Positions 50,375 through 63,577 are shown, counted from the first letter of the stretch. The stretch: 64,000 nt of DNA from an uncultured delta proteobacterium (GCA_963752595.1 CAVVYZ010000017.1:275055-339054), one strand, 5' to 3'. Numbers and translations are program-made. Notes: generated by a model not told the origin, from the letters alone.

Positions 50375-52217
50375 ATGAAGCCTGGCGATGCTTACTGCGG
50401 CCTGCGGGATGCGGCGCGCAGCCGTCAGGAGGCGGACTGGCTGGTCGGCATCAACTGCACACGAGCCCAGACACTGCTCATGCGCCGTTCCGGAGGAGAA
50501 GGGGTATACTCCATCGGCCGCGTTCAGACGCCGACTCTGGCGCTCATGGTAAACCGCGAGCAGGAAATCACGGACTTCGTGCCCAAGGAATTCTGGACCT
50601 TATGGGCCATATTTCAAGCCGGGGGCGGAACTTACCGCGGCAAATGGTTCCGCAAATCGGATGGAAAGGACCAGGACCGGCTCGAAAAGGAAGAGGACGC
50701 GAGGGCTCTCGCAAGCAAGCTGTCCGGCCTGCCGGGCAAAGTTTCATCGGTCACCTCCAGGACGGAAAAGAAAAAGCCTGAGCTGCTCTACGACCTGACC
50801 GCTCTCCAGAAAGAGGCCAACAAGCGCTTCGGTTTTACGGCAGAGCACACCCTGGAAACGGCGCAGAATCTCTATGAATCCAAACTCATCAGCTACCCCC
50901 GCACGAATTCCAGATACTTGACGCAATCCGATGCGGAGAAGGCCGCGGGCTGGATCAAGGCCATCGCACAGGGACAGCTCACGGAGCTGCAGCCCTTCGT
51001 GGAGGAGCTTCGGAAGCGCTGGCCCGTAAAACTCGATAAGCGTTTCATAAACGACAAAGAGGTGGAAGATCACTCGGCACTGGTGCCTACGGAGAACACC
51101 GCTCATAATCTCCAGGGCGACCGGCTGAAAATCTACGAGCTGATCGCGCGCCGCTTCCTGGCTGCGCACTTCCCCGAACGCATCGAAGCCAAGACCGTCA
51201 TCATCACGACAATCGGGAAAGAGACCTTCAAGACCACGGGCACTATTGTGAAGGAACCGGGATGGTCGGCCGTGGACCCGCCCCATGGCCGATTGAAAAA
51301 AGAAAAGGCAAAGGTGGATGGCCCGGAAGAAGAGTCGCCTGAAGAGGACGAGGACTCCGGCCTGCTGCCTCCGGTCTCAAAGGATGATACAGTGGAGGCG
51401 AGGGACCTCTTTCCAAAGGCAGGCAAGACCTCGCCCCCCAAGCGCATGACCGAAGCGGACCTGCTGGGCGCCATGCAGAGCGCGGGCAAGGAACTGGACG
51501 ATGAAGAACTGAAGGGCGCCATGAAGGACTGCGGCCTGGGCACACCCGCCACCCGGGCCAACATTATCGAAACGCTGCTGAAGCGCGGTTTCGTCGAGCG
51601 CAAACGCAGCATCCTGCAGCCCACTCCCAAGGGGATCGAGCTGATCCGATCCATCCGGGCCGAGAGCCTCAAGAGCCCCCAGATGACCGGCGAGTGGGAA
51701 GCACGACTGGAGCGGATCCGCCGGGGCGAGGCCGAACGTGACGAGTTCATGAACGGCATCAGGGCATTCGTGACTGAACTGGTGGAACAGATCAAACAGC
51801 AGTCCCCCCAAGGCTCCCGGCGCGTGTTCGGCCCGGCGGTGGGGACCTGCCCGAAGTGCGGATCCACCATGCATCTCAGGGACTGGGAAGGCCGTTACTA
51901 CGTGAAGTGCGCAGCCTCCTCGGATCCCGAATGCAAGGTGTCCTTTGATTCGGATGCCGAGGGGAAACCGCTTATGGCTTGTCGATTCTGCCAGGGGTCC
52001 GGTCCGAACTACCAGGAACGGCGGAAAGATCTGCGCCCGGTGTGACAAGTGGCAGACAGAAAAAGAAACAGATTCCCACGCCCCTGAACCCATCGCTTGC
52101 AAAGCCTGCGGGCATCCCATGAGCGTGGTCCCATCAACACGCAGAGGTCAGTGGTTCTACCGGTGTTCAGACTGCGGCACGTTTCAGGAGGCTAAACCCT
52201 TGCAGCCTTTGGGCTGA
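50375..52217 (+). pseudogene. topB: DNA topoisomerase III, 5'-truncated, with C-terminal Zn ribbons (frameshift near 52000)
   Basis: Same type IA motifs including catalytic Tyr in ISYPRTNSRYL; begins at MKPGDAY; no TOPRIM domain. Confidence 0.85.
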
Positions 52218-52432
52218 TGACGGCAGCGTCATTAATGGAGCGGGTTGCAAAAGAGGCGGATGGATGCCTCTGTGAAGCAATGAGACCATGGAGCCCTTCG
52301 AAATGAAGGAGCCGGCAAAGTGCATTCGAAAGACTCTCGATTACAAGCAACTTTCCCTGCCGGGGAGCATCCTGCCAGATAGGACATATACATCTTTGCA
52401 ACTATTTGATGCCATTAAATCATACAAAGACT

Positions 52433-53040
52433 ATGAGCTTGCCCCTACGTAGAAAAGGCTTGAACCGGCAGACGCGATTCGCTTTTACGTGCAATCGATG
52501 CGTAAGCTGTTGCCGTAACAAGAAGATCCAGGTCAATCCCTACGAGATCTCACGCATGGCTCATAACCGGCGAATGTCCACAGAGGATTTCGTCTCGCGC
52601 TACACGCACGCCGGAGTCACGCTCCTCAACTGGGAGGAGGACGGAGCCTGAGCGGCACGAGGAGCGAGAGCTTTTCGGAGATCGCACCCAACCCTGCCTG
52701 CCGAGGTGAGTACGGAGAAGGGGGCAGGATCTCGGACTATATCGAAGCTCAGGGCGCGATTCCCTTCATGGAGGCTGCGGACAGATACCTGGAGCTTTTC
52801 ATGAGACTGTATATGATGACGTATGACAAGCCCGAGGAGCGCGAAGTGCCTGCCTCCGTGATCCAGGGTTTTCCCGGCGGAGGGGAAACAGGGAGCAGCA
52901 TCCTGACGGGCGTGGACGGCACTTTAGCCGTCTATTGCAGGGAAGCGGGCATACCATTCCCCGAAGGAGTAGAAGAAAAAATGGCCGTTCATATCCTGGC
53001 TGTGGAAGCCTGGGCAAAAACCATGACAAGGAGAGGGTGA
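52433..53040 (+). pseudogene. YkgJ-family cysteine-cluster protein with internal deletion
   Basis: CNRCVSCC...WEEDGA then stop; the C-terminal part (ESFSEI...PFMEAADRY) continues in another frame. Confidence 0.65.
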
Positions 53041-53048
53041 AGAAAAAG

Positions 53049-53570
53049 ATGCAGGATCGTCAGGAGAAGGGTACGGGCAAGAGACCTTTCAAGCACGCCA
53101 TTGCCATAGCCTCGGTCGTCGCCTCTCTTGGGGCTTCTCTTGGCGTAAACGTGGGAGAGCTGTTCGCCACTGACCCGTACGCGGACCCGTGCATGAACGT
53201 GAAGGAGATGGACACCCTCCAGTATAATCTCATTACCCAGGCAAAGCAGTTGAGAGAGCAGCAAAACATGCTTTTCAATGAGATCAATTACGCAAGCTCG
53301 AGGCCGGGGCCATACCCATTGAGCCAGTTCACCGTGCTCAAAACAAAGGTAATGACCCTGGCAAGACAGATCAAGCTTGCTGTCGAAAACGATAGAAAGG
53401 TGACAAGCCGGCTCCCGATCGACGAGATTGTGCTGCAGGATCTCATGAGCCGGGCGAGAGCCATGAAGGCCGGAGAAAGCAATCTGTCACCCCAGTTCAA
53501 AGAGCTCTCAGTGAACGAAGACAGGCAGATACTTCTGCTCAACCAGATCAAGGTGGACCAGACCAAATAA
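53049..53570 (+). CDS. Hypothetical exported, helical protein
   Basis: Basic N-terminus plus hydrophobic AIAIASVVASLGASLGVNVGELFA; alternative GTG start at 53037. Confidence 0.6.
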   Translation: MQDRQEKGTGKRPFKHAIAIASVVASLGASLGVNVGELFATDPYADPCMNVKEMDTLQYNLITQAKQLREQQNMLFNEINYASSRPGPYPLSQFTVLKTKVMTLARQIKLAVENDRKVTSRLPIDEIVLQDLMSRARAMKAGESNLSPQFKELSVNEDRQILLLNQIKVDQTK

Positions 53571-53690
53571 GGCGTGGGAGCCGTCTTTGCCCGATAGAGA
53601 GCCTTGATATAAAGCCCGGTCTTGCGGTAAAGAACGTGTAAGGCTTGCAAAGCATCAAGCCAATAGATACCGTTAAGGAGCTATGGGCAA

Positions 53691-54383
53691 GTGAAGAAAA
53701 CGTTCAAGTTTTTCCTGTTTCATTCTGTTCTGCCGTATGGGGGGCTTTCCCTCGTGAAGATGCTCTCCTCGACATACAGGCTCAAGATAGTCGATCCGCA
53801 GAATGAAGGAGATGCGATCGGAAGGGACGGCAGCATTATTTATGCATCCTGGCACCAGAGGTTCTTTCCCGGGATAACGTTCTTTGCAACGCGCAAACCC
53901 ATCGCCATCCTCATCAGCAGGAGCCGTGACGGCGAATTCATTTCCCACATCGTCAATATTCTCGGATGGCAGGCTGTGAGGGGTTCCTCTTCGAAAGGAG
54001 GCAGCGAAGGCCTGCAGCAGCTCAAGGAACTGGCAAGGAGAGGATACAGGATCGGCCATATAGTCGACGGGCCCAAAGGGCCCTTCGGCGTAGTCAAACC
54101 GGGCCTGCTCAGAATTGCTCAAGCTTCCGGTATGGCAGTCGTCCCAACCATCACGTCATCCGAGAAAAAGTGGTCCTTCAGGAGCTGGGACAGGTTTCTG
54201 ATTCCCAAGCCGTTTTCCCGGGTGATCATCAGGTTCGGAGAGCCGATCTCCATCCCGCCGGATCTTGACGAAGACGAGTTCGAGAGGAAAAGGCTGTTCA
54301 TCGGGGCCAGGATGAAAGAGCTCTACGAGGACACCGACCTCATCTGGACCGACAGCGTGAGGTTAAGGAATATTTTCCGGTAA
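53691..54383 (+). CDS. DUF374/lysophospholipid acyltransferase-family protein
   Basis: Intact 230-aa ORF with WH, SRDGE, RGSS..GG, DGPKGP, SWD motifs. Confidence 0.85.
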   Translation: MKKTFKFFLFHSVLPYGGLSLVKMLSSTYRLKIVDPQNEGDAIGRDGSIIYASWHQRFFPGITFFATRKPIAILISRSRDGEFISHIVNILGWQAVRGSSSKGGSEGLQQLKELARRGYRIGHIVDGPKGPFGVVKPGLLRIAQASGMAVVPTITSSEKKWSFRSWDRFLIPKPFSRVIIRFGEPISIPPDLDEDEFERKRLFIGARMKELYEDTDLIWTDSVRLRNIFR

Positions 54384-54525
54384 TCCGGATACACGTTATC
54401 TTAAAAATTCCCGGTTTGATCCATTCTCCACCTGCACCTCGGCCTCAGCTTTGGATAGGCAAAGATCCGATCAAACCTCTGTCTGATCTCTTCCCTTCGA
54501 AAAATTGTTGCCGTTTGTCGCTGGG

Positions 54526-54816
54526 CTATTTTTCTTCTTCCAGTTTTGCCCTCAGGACATTTGACAACGAGAAGGTAACTACACGCCTTTCAGTTATGGC
54601 GATTTCCTCACCCGTCTTCGGGTTACGGCCCCTTCTCGGTCGTTTATCTCTTACCGACCACTTGCCGAATCCGGACAAGGTTACCTCCTCGCCTTTCTCA
54701 AGGGTTTCCTTGATCATTTCGAGGAAGGTTTCGAGGCCATCCGATGCCTCTTTCCGACTAAGGCCTGTTTTCATGATGATTTCATCGATTAATTCAATCT
54801 TTGTCAGAGTGTCCAC
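54526..54816 (-). CDS. ihfA: Integration host factor alpha / HU-family protein
   Basis: [27 protein letters not shown]. Confidence 0.82.
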   Translation of the reverse strand: MDTLTKIELIDEIIMKTGLSRKEASDGLETFLEMIKETLEKGEEVTLSGFGKWSVRDKRPRRGRNPKTGEEIAITERRVVTFSLSNVLRAKLEEEK

Positions 54817-55225
54817 TCAGTCTCCCAATGTATCATTCACTATTAATAAATATAACCTATAGTTAGGCGAGCAGCAAGAGTTATTATAAAAAAAATGGCT
54901 ATACCCATTCCAGGCGTGAATTGAATAAAGCTGAAGGTATTGAGCCATTTCTTCCTGTACTCCCGCCTTAACCAAACCGGTGCTTTTATGTCCGGCCAAT
55001 GAATATTTTTTCAGATATTTATGTAAGGGCGTCATATTTTTTTTGCTTTTCTGTGAATCCGGTATTATGTCTCCGAAAATCTAGGAATTTCCTTATCATT
55101 GGCTTCCATTTTTCTTGACCGGAGATCGCCGTTACCCTATACTCTCAATCGATAAAACAAGTTCCCAGAAGGGAGCATCGATCCCGCTATATATCCTATC
55201 TCATGAAAAGTCAGGGACACAGACT

Positions 55226-56363
55226 ATGGAAAAAGTAGCATCCATGATTTTTAACGGAAAGAAGGATGCCCTCGATGATTCCATGGATATGATGGATCAG
55301 AAGGAGACAAGAGAACGCTTCCTGGAGCTCGCAGCCCTGGAATCGTCCATCCTTGATGCCGTCCCGCAGGCAATCGTGGGGTTGCATAACCGCCGGATCA
55401 TTTTTGCAAACAATGCGGTCAAAGAGACTTTCGGCTGGACCCGGGAGGAACTGATCGGCCAGAGTGTTGCCATATTCTATCGTACCGTTGAAGAATCGGA
55501 AGAGATTGCCCGATACTTCTACTCCACGCTCAAGCGCCAGCGCACCTTTGTCAACGAATTTTCCTGTCGGCGAAAAGATGGGAAGGATATCCTCTGCAGG
55601 ATGCGGGCCGCACGAATCGGAGACAAACTGGAAGAAAAGCGGATTGTCATCACCTATGTTGATATTACGGAAAAGAAACATGCAGAGGAAGAGCTCGTGC
55701 GGTCACGCCAACAGCTCCGCAACCTCTCCATTCACCTCCAGTCGGTTCGTGAAAAGGAAAGTTCCCGTATTGCACGGGAAATTCACGACGAGCTGGGCCA
55801 GTCCCTTACAGCCCTTCAGATGGATGTCGCCTGGCTCGGCAATCAGCTGCCTGCTGAATTCACACTCTTGAAAGAAAAGACGCACCGAATGGAACGTCTC
55901 GTGGATGCCACCATCGACAGCGTTCATCGGATTATCACCGAACTGAGGCCGATCCTGCTGGATGATCTCGGCCTTACTGCCGCTATAGAATGGCAGGCCC
56001 AGGAGTTCCAGAACAGATCCGGGATCGAGTGTGACGTCTATGTGGATTGCAAAGAAAATTCAATAGAAAAAGAGCTGGAAACAGCGCTCTTTCGCATATT
56101 TCAGGAAACACTCACCAATATAGCACGACATGCCGGGGCCACAATGGTACGGGTCCGCCTCACGCAAAAAGAGAACGAACTGTGCCTTGAGGTCGTCGAC
56201 AACGGAAAGGGCATTACCCGCAAACAGATTGAAGATTCCCGGTCGTTCGGGATCATCGGCATACGGGAGCGTGTCAATCTCTGGAACGGCAGGTTCGAAT
56301 TGCAGGGAAACGCCGGCGCGGGACGACAGTAACCATTCTGATCCCCCAGTGAGGGTTGTATGA
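55226..56363 (+). CDS. PAS + HisKA_3 sensor kinase (diverged mirror copy), frameshift near 3' end
   Basis: RIAREIHDELGQSLT, ELRPILLDDLGL, DNGKG. Confidence 0.88.
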
Positions 56364-56993
56364 TACGGATCCTGGTAGCCGATGACCATACCGTAGTCCG
56401 GGAAGGGGTAAAGCAGATTCTGGCAGGCCTGGACGATATGGTGGTCGAAGATGAAGCCGAAAATGGACAGGAAGCGCTGGAGAAGGTGACCCGGGGCAGC
56501 TGCGACATGGTCCTGCTCGACATCTCCATGCCCGGCAGAAGCGGGCTTGAAATCTTGGAAGATATTTTAAATGTACGACCAAAGCTCCCCGTGCTCATCC
56601 TGAGCATGCACCCGAAGAGCAGTATGCCGTCCGGGCGCTGCGGGCAGGCGCATCGGGATACCTGACCAAGGCGAGCGCAGCCTGGAATTGATCGGCGCTA
56701 TCAGGAAAGTGTCGCGGGGAGGAAAATACGTAACGGCATCACTCGCAGAAAAACTGGCCAGGGAACTTGACAGCAAAGCGGACAAACAGCGGCATGAAAA
56801 ACTTTCCAACCGTGAATACCAGGTAATGATAATGCTGGCATCAGGGAAATCGGTCAGTGAAGTCGCGGGTGAACTGTGCCTGAGCGTCAAGACCGTCAGC
56901 ACCTACCGAACCCGTGTTATGGACAAGATGGGTATGAAGAAAAATGCGGAGCTGACCTTCTATGCCATGAATAACCATCTCCTCGGTTCATAA
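56360..56993 (+). CDS. NarL/UvrY-family response regulator (mirror copy), frameshifted
   Basis: REC and HTH fragments in 56360-56665 and 56688-56993. Confidence 0.85.
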
Positions 56994-57220
56994 TCCATTT
57001 TCCCTCCCCCAATCGATACATAACAGTCCCAAAAGTATGAAAAGCAGGACTGTTCCATTCCTGTCAGAGACATTCCGTCAACACCGCACTGTAACTCCGA
57101 CAGAAAATAAAGCACTTACCTGATATCAGGCACATATCTGCCGTGTTAATGACTAAAGTGTCAATATCTTTATAAAAAACTACGGTTTAAACCAGGTTGA
57201 AAATAAAAGGGGGGGAGTAA

Positions 57221-59918
57221 ATGAACGAAAGCGGCATGTTGACGGAATCGCCGGAACATATCACACGGCGAGGAGAGAGTGCCGGTGCAATTTTTCTCCA
57301 CGAGTTTCCAGAGCTCTTTGCAGGCAGATAAAAAAAGAATCATCGGACCGTGCGCTTCAGGAAAAGCGAAGCTGCCTCATGGAACATGAATGTAAAGAGA
57401 TCCTTGAAAGCATCGGCATAAAAACAACGGGCAGCCATGTTGCGGTGACGGTTGACGATGCTGTTGAGATGAGCAGGACCATCGGCTATCCGGTTGTTTT
57501 GAAAATCGTTTCTCCCGACGTAATCCACAAGACGGATGCCGGCGGCGTCAAGCTGAATGTAAGAAACGAGGAGGGTGTACGGAAGGCCTTCCAGGAAATT
57601 ATGGATGCGTTCAAGAATTGCACCGTTCTCGGCGTCTCGGTGCAGAAGATGGCAGACCCGGGTATAGAGGCAATTATCGGGGTCACGCGCGATCCCAGCT
57701 TCGGGCCCGTCCTCATGTTCGGTTTGGGCGGAGTCTTCGTAGAGGTTTTAAAAGACGTTACCTTCCGTATTCTTCCCATCAATGAAGATGACGCATCCGA
57801 GATGATCGAGGAAATAAAAGGCGTCTCCCTCCTGAAGGGATACCGGGGGCAAGCCGCCGATATCGATGCACTCAGAGGGCTGCTTTTAAAAGTATCAGAC
57901 CTGGTGACAGAACATCCGGAAATCAGGGAAATGGACCTGAATCCCGTGTTCCTCTATCCGTCGGGCTGCCTGGCCGTAGATGCAAGGATATACGTTGACG
58001 ATTCATCCGGAGCAGCGGCACGAAGTTTCCCTGACAACAGAAGTCTTTATGATTTCTTCTACCCCCGGAGCATAGCTGTCCTGGGCGCTACCGATTCTGT
58101 AGGCAAGCTCGGCTACAACGTGTTCCGGAACCTGCTTCACCACGGGTTCCATGGGAAGCTCTATCCCATCAACCCGAAAAAAGAGACTGTTCTTGGGGTA
58201 AAAGCTTACAAATCTGTCCTCGATGTCGAAGATCCCATAGACACGGCGATCGTCATCGTTCCGGCTGAGACTGTACCCCAGGCAATAGAGGACTGCTGCG
58301 CAAAGGGATCAGATATGTGGTCATCGAAACAGCCGGTTTTGCCGAGCTCGGAGATGAAGGGAAACGGGTGCAGGCCTACATCAAGGAAATCATCAGAGAA
58401 AAGGGATGCCGTCTGCTTGGGCCGAACTGCTCGGGCGTCATCAATACCCATCACAACATGGTCCAATCCATCGGGATCCTCGAGAAGCTTAAAGGGGAAA
58501 CATTGGGCTCATCGCCCAGGCAGGCGTATACGCAGCGGGCATCCTTGCGGGCTTGCGTAATGTTCTTGACTTCGGAATCGTTGCCACCATCGGGAACAAA
58601 ATGGATATCAACGAAACGGATATTCTCGAATATATGGGAGACGATGAGCACATCGATGTCATTGCCATGTACATGGAGGATGTGACGAGCGGCAGGCGGT
58701 TTGTGGATATTGCAAGCCGGGTATCTCAGAGAAAACCGATTATCGTTCTCAAAACAGGCCGGACGGAAGCCGGGAAGAAAGCCGTCTCCTCCCATACAGC
58801 CTCTTTAGCGGGAAATGATGAAATCAACAGTGCGGCCTTCAGGCAGAGCGGCATCATCAGGGCCAGGGACAATGAACATCTCTTCTCTCTGATGCGGGGT
58901 TTCTCCAAACAGCCTCTGCCCAAAGGACCGGGCGTCCTGGTCATCACGTATACGGGCTCGCTGGGGGTTGCAGCAACCGATATGCTCTATCTCAACAATC
59001 TGAAGCTCAGTGCGTTTGAACCGCACCTGCATGAGCAGCTTGCTGCAATCATGCCGGATTATCTGAATATCCAGAATCCCGTCGACTGCTCCTTCTCCAT
59101 GACGCCTGAACAATTGAAAAGCATTATCGAGATCGGCATCCTGAGCAATGATGTACAGAGCGTTATCGTTATTATCCAGGGGGAGAAACTGGCCTCGTTT
59201 GTCGATGCCATGAAGGCAATCGACTATAAGGGGAAGCCGGTGGTCTGTTGTGTAGCCTGCAAGGAATTCATGATCGAGGACGTCATCAGAATGGAGCAGG
59301 CAGGAATTCCCGTCTATTCCACATCGGAAATGGCTGCAGAGGTGCTCGGTGAAATGTACCGCTATGAACAGCGCCGTCGGAATGTCATGATAAAGGCTCT
59401 GGACAGCTGGCTGGCCGACAAATCGTTCACCATTAGAAAACAAACCGGTCAGATTCCGTCTCCTCCGGGTGAACGATAAGGGTCTCTGGACAGATTTCGT
59501 AAACGGGTGCTCCCAGCAATCCTTGTGGCTGCGCTTCCTCTCCCCCTTCAGTGCTACTCCTGAAAGAGCGCAGCGGTTCTGCGATATCGACCCTGAGGAG
59601 GAATTCGCCGTCATCGCGGAAACGATCGAAGACAATCGCCGTAAGGTCATCGGCATCGCCCGTGTCATCAAAATAACATTCAATAACGACAATGAAGCAG
59701 AGTTCGCCATAATCGTTTCCGATCCATGGCAAAGGAAGACGCTGGGCCACCTGCTGTCCGAGTTGAGTGTAGGACTGGCGAAAAACTGCGGCATCAAGAA
59801 CGTTGTTTCGGAAACGCTCCAGGAAAATCACCCCATAATAAGGGTCTTGAAGCGTTGCCAATTCAAAGTGGAAAGAAAAGAAGGGAACATGTTCACTCTG
59901 TCTTTGAAGCTCGGATAA
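57221..59918 (+). CDS. Acetate-CoA ligase-GNAT fusion (diverged mirror copy), several frameshifts
   Basis: Fragments 57379-58560, 58553-59479 and 59469-59918 match the protein at 40858-43551. Confidence 0.85.
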
Positions 59919-60264
59919 TTTTTTCAGACTCTCAAGATCCGCATAGCTTTCCAAGCTAAGCTAGGGGGAGGTCGTCCGCTATTGTTCGGTGGATTGTCTT
60001 ATAATAGAATTGATTTCGTCTTAGAAACCCAAAATCGAAGCTCAAGCAAAACCTCATTAAGCTGGTCCGGGTTGTGCAGTGCGATCAATACGTATTAAAA
60101 TAAGTGTTTGAAAGACCCAGGTTATCTGTGATACCAAGAATGAGGAAAGAGAAAGGCAAGACCGATTCCTGCCTTTCTCTCCCTACGTGAAACGTTACAT
60201 GGCGATTATAATCTTCTAGAAGGGGAGGCCCCGGCTTTGGAGGCCGGAGCCTTTATTTCTTTTT

Positions 60265-62238
60265 CTAGCCGATTTTCTTTCTCCCGCTGATCAGGTCTTC
60301 CACGACGCTGGAATCCGCCATGGTCGAGGTGTCGCCGAGATCGTTGAACTCATTCGCTGCGAGCTTTCTGAGCACCCGGCGCATGATCTTGCCGGACCTG
60401 GTTTTGGGAAGACCATCGGCCCACTGGATGTAATCCGGAGACGCGATGGGTCCGATCTCCTTGCGAACCAGGGCAATAAGGTCTTTCTTCAACGCATCGG
60501 TTTTTTCAACACCGTTGTTCAGCGTTACATAGGCATAGATTCCCTGGCCTTTGATATCGTGGGGAATCCCACAACCGCTGATTCGGCGACGTTCGGATGC
60601 AGGGTGAGTGCAGCTTCGACTTCGGCTGTTCCCATTCTGTGTCCGGAAACGTTGATGACGTCGTCGACTCTGCCGGTGATCTTATAATCGCCGTCCGCAT
60701 CCCGCTCGGCTCCGTCGCCCGAGAAGTAGTACCCGGGGAACTGTGAAAAGTAGTTTTCCTTGAAGAAGTCCCGGGTTGCCGTACACGCTTCTGCAGCATG
60801 CCGGGCCATGCATTCTTTATGCACAGTGAGCCCTTTCCGGGACCTGTGATCTCCTTGCCTTCTTCGTCCATGAGGGCCGGCACAACTCCGAAGAAAGGTA
60901 CCATGGCCTTGGCGGGCTTGATATCGATGGCGCCGGGCAGCGGGAGGATCATGTGGCCGCCGGTTTCCGGTCTGCCACCAGGTATCGGCAATCGTGCACC
61001 TGCTGCCGCCGACCTTGTTGTAATACCACCACCAGGCTTCCGGATTCAGCGGTTCGCCCACGGAACCAAGGACCCTCAGCGAGGAGAGGTCATGCATTTC
61101 CACCCATTTGTCGCCTTCCTTGGCGATTGCGCGGATAGCGGTCGGTGCGGTGTAGAAGTTGTTGACATTGTATTTTTCCACCACTGCCCAGAACCGGTCG
61201 TAGCCGGATAGCTGGGAACGCCCTCGAACAGGATGCTGGTGTGTCCGTTGCAGAGCGGTCCGTAGACCACGTAGCTGTGACCGGTGACCCAGCCGATGTC
61301 GGCCGTGCACCAGTAGATGTCTTCATCGCGCACGTCGAAGGCCAGCTGCTGTGTCATGGAGGCGTAGAGGAGATATCCTGCGGTCGTGTGTACCACGCCC
61401 TTGGGCTTTCCGGTGGAACCCGAAGTGTAGAGAATGAACAGCGGGTCTTCGGCATCCATTTCCTCGGGCTTGCAGTATAACGGAGCGTCTGCCATCAGCT
61501 TCTCGTACCAGATGTCGCGGCCTTCCTTCATGTCGACCTTGGTGCCGGTGCGATTGACCACGATCTGGGTCTTTACCGTCGGGCACTGGTCAGCCGCCTT
61601 GTCGGCGTTGTCCTTCTGCGGGACTGCCTTGGCGCCCCGGTATGTGCCGTCGCAGGTGATGAGCACTGTGGATTTGCAGTCGTTTATCCGGTCTCTCAGA
61701 GCTTCCGCTGAAAAGCCGCCGAACACGATGGCATGGATGGCGCCGATCCTGGTGCAGGCAAGCATCGTGATGACGAGCTCAGGGATCATAGGGAGATAGA
61801 TGGTGACGATGTCGCCCTTCTTCACACCCAGGCCCTTGAGGACATTGGCAAACTTGTTCACTTCCCGGTACATGTCGAAATACGTGTAGACCTTCCAGTC
61901 GTTGGGGTCGTTGCCCTCGAAAATGATCGCTGCCTTGTTTTTCTTTGTCTCCAGGTGCCGGTCAAGGCAGTTGTAGCTTACATTGAGCTTTCCGCCTTCA
62001 AACCACTTCACATGAAGATCATCGCCGAACGACCAGTCGGAAACCTTCTTCTTGTCAAAGGGTTTGAACCAGCTCAGTCTCTCAGCGCCTGCTTTGCCCA
62101 GAAGGCATCAGGGTTCTCGATCGACTCCTTATACATTTTGTCGTACTCTGCCCTGCTCTTGATGTATGATTTTTCCCTCACCCTGTCAGGAACGGGAAAT
62201 ACCTTGTCATAGAAATCTTTTTCATTAATATCTGCCAT
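60265..62238 (-). CDS. acs: Acetyl-CoA synthetase (diverged mirror copy), several frameshifts
   Basis: [31 protein letters not shown]. Confidence 0.9.
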
Positions 62239-62715
62239 TATCCGTCTCCTTCTCCATGCTTTTCTGTAACCGAGGAAATATAGATTAAATAAAGTAACGT
62301 GGATACCCGAAGGCGTCTGATATTCCTGTAAATCTATATCTTACTCCCTGTAGGTGAACTGCTTACATTTCAGTGAATGATAAGGGGCATCTCTTGAAAA
62401 CTGCCTATGCTCAAGACAAGGGGACTTCCCGATGAACCGTAGACGAGGCAACAGAGCTGTGTGCAATCCTCGCTATTGATGCTTAAGTATTCCTACAAAG
62501 GAAACTCCTGCTTTTAAATGCAAACACTCGGCCTCACCCGGGTTTCAAACGCCTATAGTTTCAGCATAGTTCACTCATCCTTAAAGGGTGTTCCAAGGTC
62601 TTCTTCCTGGAATATGGCTGATGGAAATTGATATAATAAAAAGTCCAAGAGCCGATGGGGTTCATCGGCTCTTGGGGTGTGTGGGGGTTAAAACCTTTAT
62701 CAGTTGCGTATAAGA

Positions 62716-62974
62716 CTAGAGTTGATATCGGTACCTCTTGATGTTCTCCCGTGTCTTGATGAAGTCACCGTACATCCTGCCGATGCAAAGCGCGATGCCC
62801 AAGATGAACAGACCGATCATGAACCCGGGCTCCGTCCCTATCTTCTCATCGATCCACCTGCCCGCGAACAGAAACACAAACGAGGAAACAACTATGGTAA
62901 AGCTCCATGCACTCATCATCATTAATGTGATTGAGGTTCCTTGCATCTTGAGCCTTCTTATTCGTCCGTACCAT
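62716..62974 (-). CDS. AtpZ/AtpI-family protein (mirror copy, 1-nt indel)
   Basis: Mirror of 37852-38109. Confidence 0.7.
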
Positions 62975-63069
62975 ACCTGTTCCCTCCTTTTCCGTCCCCG
63001 CCCATAAGCACCTTGCTCGGCTACCCTGCTCAAGGGCGGGTCCTTACCAGGTCTTTTATCCCTTCTCCC

Positions 63070-63345
63070 TTAGCTTACCAGGTTCTTTACCGCTCCGATT
63101 ACCGGAGCCGTGAACATCGCCACCAGCACCGCGTACAGCGCAAATGACCCAACCGCTTCGCTTAAGTACATCCTCGGATACCGGTGCTTCAATGATACGA
63201 TCGTCAGCCCGCCCATGATCAGACACCCAAGATGAAAGTACGGAAAGCTATCTCCTCCCGAGGTCGCATGCGCCGCAAATGCAAAACTCGACGTGATCAG
63301 TATTACGAAAAATGCTACGACTGCTGTCTGGACTGTTTTTTTCAT
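63070..63345 (-). CDS. 91-aa membrane protein (mirror copy)
   Basis: Differs from 37478-37753 by I>V and M>L. Confidence 0.75.
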   Translation of the reverse strand: MKKTVQTAVVAFFVILITSSFAFAAHATSGGDSFPYFHLGCLIMGGLTIVSLKHRYPRMYLSEAVGSFALYAVLVAMFTAPVIGAVKNLVS

Positions 63346-63398
63346 GGTAAGGACCCTCCTTATTATTCTCTTTTTGTGTGCTTGCTGCCCCTTCTCTT

Positions 63399-63415
63399 AG
63401 GAAAAACCGTGCCAA
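63399..63415 (-). promoter_or_regulatory. Sigma54 promoter (mirror copy)
   Basis: Minus strand TTGGCACGGTTTTTCCT. Confidence 0.6.
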
Positions 63416-63577
63416 CTCTCCTCAACCATGATGTTAACCTTACAGCTTATTGTTTTTACCCGTCTTATCAGCAGATAGCCACTGGCACCCCTAGACAAAA
63501 TACACCCTCATACTCGCTAAGAATTAAATGGAATGTTCAGCCCGTTCGATGAAACGTTGAATCGGAAGTGCTTATTT

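Noticed and set aside
52649-52651. TGA at a Cys position as selenocysteine
   Set aside because: The in-frame continuation loses family resemblance and the conserved part resumes in another frame; a deletion explains it better.
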